NCBI GenBank assembly: GCA_950097015.1
Contig: CATNEN010000014.1
Coordinates: forward strand, 1,798,001 to 1,862,000
Direction: 5' to 3'
DNA length: 64,000 bases
Source: Macrostomum hystrix
Taxonomy: Eukaryota > Animalia > Platyhelminthes
Shown here piece by piece: positions 61,129 through 64,000 of this stretch. The notes below the pieces were generated by a model. That model saw only the letters and a program-made list of their open reading frames with translations, was not told where the DNA came from and made no database searches. Position 1 is the first letter of the stretch, and each line of letters opens with the position of its first letter. Position numbers and translations under genes: made by a program.

Positions 61129-61626
61129 TCACATGAGGGCGCAGACAGCAGAGCTCGCCCGCTTGCAGTCGAACTGTGAGTAGTTGACCTCGGCTGCTGC
61201 GGCTGAGGCTGCGGCTGCCAGCGGACTGGCGGCGGCTCCGCCGGCGGCTGCCGCAGCAGTCGACGCCGCGACCGCGGCCAAAGCGGCGCCCCTCTTGCTG
61301 CCCAGAAGGCGGTACTGCGGATGCTGCCTGCTGTGCTGCTGATGCGGATGCCGCGACTGCGGTTGGTGAGGCCAGTTGGTCAGCTGCTTCTGCTGTTTGC
61401 ACTCTGGCAGCAGGTGGAGCACGTGCAGGTGGCCCATGTTGGCCGCCGTGGCCTTGAGGGACCGCGGCTGGCAGGGGACGCCGGGGGCGGGCCGGTACCC
61501 CCGGTCGTAGGTGTCGGCGTTGACATTCTTGTTGCTAAGGAGCTCCAGCATCTTGCGCTGGTCGCCGGCCAGAGTGGCGTGCACGAATTCTAGCGTTGGG
61601 CGGCTGCTCTCCAGGAGGTCTACGAT
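61129..61626 (-). CDS. Ankyrin-repeat-containing protein, last exon
   Basis: Acceptor CCTGCAG| before 61626 (phase 0). Reads IVDLLESS...LAGDQRKMLELLSNKNVNAD (degenerate ankyrin-like), then a low-complexity tail. TGA at 61131-61129. Confidence 0.7.
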   Translation of the reverse strand: MVDLLESSRPTLEFVHATLAGDQRKMLELLSNKNVNADTYDRGYRPAPGVPCQPRSLKATAANMGHLHVLHLLPECKQQKQLTNWPHQPQSRHPHQQHSRQHPQYRLLGSKRGAALAAVAASTAAAAAGGAAASPLAAAASAAAAEVNYSQFDCKRASSAVCALM

Positions 61627-61722
61627 CTGCAGGCGTTGAGAGGCTGCGCAAGTGCTCATGTGGCAATGATACGCATTCGCATTTGGCGCATGGGAGAGTT
61701 GAAACTAGCCCGCGAAGATGCT

Positions 61723-62088
61723 TTTGAGTGGGGTAGTGGGTGCAGGGGGCTTGAGTGGGGTGGTGGGTGCAGGGGGCTTGAGTGGGGTAGTGGGTGCAGG
61801 GGGCTTGAGTGGGGTGGTGGGTGCAGGGGGCTTGAGTGGGGTAGTGGGTGCAGGGGGCTTGAGTGGGGTGGTGGGTGCAGGGGGCTTGAGTGGGGTAGTG
61901 GGTGCAGGGGGCTTGAGTGGGGTGGTGGGTGCAGGGGGCTTTAGTGGGGTGGTGGGTGCGGGGGCTTGAGTGGGGTGGTGGGTGCAGGGGGCTTTAGTGG
62001 GGTGGTGGGTACAGGGGTGTTGAGTGGGTGGTGGGTGCAGAGTTTTGAGTGGGTGGTGGGTGCAGGGTGTTGAGTGGGTGGTGGGTAT
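61723..62088. repeat. 27-bp G-rich minisatellite in the ankyrin-gene intron
   Basis: GGGGCTTGAGTGGGGT(A/G)GTGGGTGCAG about 13 times. Confidence 0.93.
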
Positions 62089-62281
62089 GGTTTCGATACA
62101 TGAAGGTCAGTGTATCGAAACCAGAGCAGATCACTTGGGCTGCGGAGAAATGACTAAATGAACCCCAAACCCTCTGCTGAACTTTGAACGCAACTCATTA
62201 GAACCCATTGCTGATCCAGAGAGCGAGGTGTCAACTATTGGAGACAAATCACTTTTCCTGATGTGGGATTTCAGTCCTCAC

Positions 62282-62877
62282 CAGGCTGCCGGCCTCCGTC
62301 CGTCGGGCGAAGCTGATGAGGCTCTCGCCCTGCCTGGCCACGCGCACGCGGCACCAGCTGCTGACTAGCTGGTCCACCAGGAAGTAGTCAGCCGCAGCCA
62401 CGGCCGCCCACAGTCCCGGCCGGAAGTCCTCGCAAACCGCCCGCACAGCGGCGGCCTCCGCGGATTCCCCATCCGGTGACGGAGGCTCCGGCGACTCGGG
62501 CGGCTGGGCTCCGCAGCGCAGCAGGGCCCGCACCAGCTCTGTGAGGTTTCGGCGGAGCGCCAGCTTCAACGGCGTGTCGCCGCCGACATCTTCGCGGCAG
62601 ACGTCGACCCGGAAGTTCGACAGAGCGTAGACGAACGGCGCGTAGGCGGCCTCGTTCTCCGGGCTGGCGGTGGTGACGGCCAAGTGGACGTAGTTGATGC
62701 CGAAGCCAGTGTCAATCACCGTCACCGACTCGCGGAGGCAGTAGACGGCGTGGTAGAGCGCCGGCAGGTTGCCGAAGACAATGGCACGATAGACGCGGGA
62801 GTTGGTGAACTCCTTGCTGAACAGATCCAGGCTGAAGGTGCCCACAGCGCCAGCGCCGGATGGGGACTCGGCGTCCT
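62282..62877 (-). CDS. Ankyrin-repeat-containing protein, internal exon (5' exons lie beyond the window)
   Basis: Ankyrin motifs INYVHLAV and DVGGDTPLKLALRRNLTELVRALLRCGA. Donor CTG|GTGAG at 62281 (phase 0, matches the next exon). The acceptor is at 62877 or 62875 (ambiguous). There is an in-frame stop just upstream and no Met, so this is an internal exon. Confidence 0.8.
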
Positions 62878-62919
62878 CTTCGCGTGGGAAAATAGGAGAG
62901 CATTAAATAAGGGATCAAT

Positions 62920-64000
62920 GTCTCTCACCTGTCTTATCTCTCACCTGTCTCATCTCTCACCTGTCTCATCTCTCACCTGTCTCATCTCTCACCTGTCTCA
63001 TCTCTCACCTGTCTCATCTCTCACCTGTCTCATCTCTCACCTGTCTCATCCCTCACCTGTCTCATCTCTCACCTGTCTCATCCTTCACCTGTCTCATATC
63101 TCACCTGTCTCATCTCTCACCTGTCTCATCTCTCACCTGTCTCATCTCTCACCTGTCTCATCTCTCACCTGTCTCATCTCTCACCTGTCTCATCTCTCAC
63201 CTGTCTCATCTCTCACCTGTCTAATCTCTCACCTGTCTTATCTCTCACCTGTCTCATCTCTCGCCTATCTTATCTCTCACCTGTCTCATCTCTCACCTGT
63301 CTCATCCCTCACCTGTCTCATCTCTCACCCGTCTCATCTCTCACCTGTCTCATCCTTCACCTGTCTCATATCTCACCTGTCTCATCTCTCACCTGTCTCA
63401 TCTCTCACCCGTCTCATCTCTCACCTGTCTCATCTCTCACCCGTCTCATCTCTCACCTGTCTCATCTCTCACCTGTCTCATCTGTCACCTGTCTCATCTC
63501 TCACCCGTCTCATCTCTCACCTGTCTCATCCCTCACCTGTCTCATATCTCACCTGTCTCATCTCTCACCTGTCTCATCTCTCACCTGTCTCATCTCTCAC
63601 CTGTCTCATCCCTCACCTGTCTCATCTCTCACCCGTCTCATCTCTCACCTGTCTAATCTCTTACCTGTCTTATCTCTCACCTGTCTCATCTCTCACCTGT
63701 CTCATCTCTCACCTGTCTCATCCCTCACCTGTCTCATCTCTCACCTGTCTCATCCTTCACCTGTCTCATATCTCACCTGTCTCATCTCTCACCTGTCTCA
63801 TCTCTCACCTGTCTCATCTCTCACCTGTCTCATCTCTCACCTGTCTCATCTCTCACCTGTCTCATCTCTCACCTGTCTCATCTCTCACCTGTCTAATCTC
63901 TCACCTGTCTTATCTCTCACCTGTCTCATCTCTCGCCTATCTTATCTCTCACCTGTCTCATCTCTCACCTGTCTCATCCCTCACCTGTCTCATCTCTCAC
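62920..64000. repeat. 16-bp minisatellite running off the window end
   Basis: CTCACCTGTCTCATCT about 67 times. Confidence 0.96.

Overview
This is eukaryotic animal DNA with GT-AG introns, GC-rich poly-Ala/Gln exons and dense minisatellites. The style resembles the flatworm Macrostomum, but that is an inference. From left to right the window holds: (1) the last three exons of an O-GlcNAc transferase gene (OGT, 1-1886); (2) a 6.75-kb foldback-type element (3931-10684) with a 9-bp target-site duplication, whose long inverted arms are built from a 176-177-bp satellite-like unit (about 18 copies left, about 5.6 right) and which encloses a truncated, pseudogenised Ty3/Gypsy fragment (5' LTR, tRNA-His PBS, gag); (3) an intact, young 4.95-kb Ty3/Gypsy retrotransposon (11610-16561) with 177-bp LTRs, a 4-bp TSD, a tRNA-Leu PBS and a GGGAAAC plus pseudoknot -1 frameshift signal; (4) a single-exon Pro/Gly-rich, Lys/His-motif protein gene (17438-18016); (5) about 17 kb with no recognisable gene, where unrelated minisatellite arrays alternate regularly with unique islands of about 0.5-1 kb; (6) an 8-exon KDM3/JMJD1-family JmjC histone demethylase gene (36487-55380, 1628 aa reconstructed) with minisatellites in almost every intron; (7) the 3' exons of a minus-strand ankyrin-repeat gene (61129 to about 62877). 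Several arrays consist of tandem AG|GT splice-site-like units. All coordinates and counts were read by eye and no database search was run.
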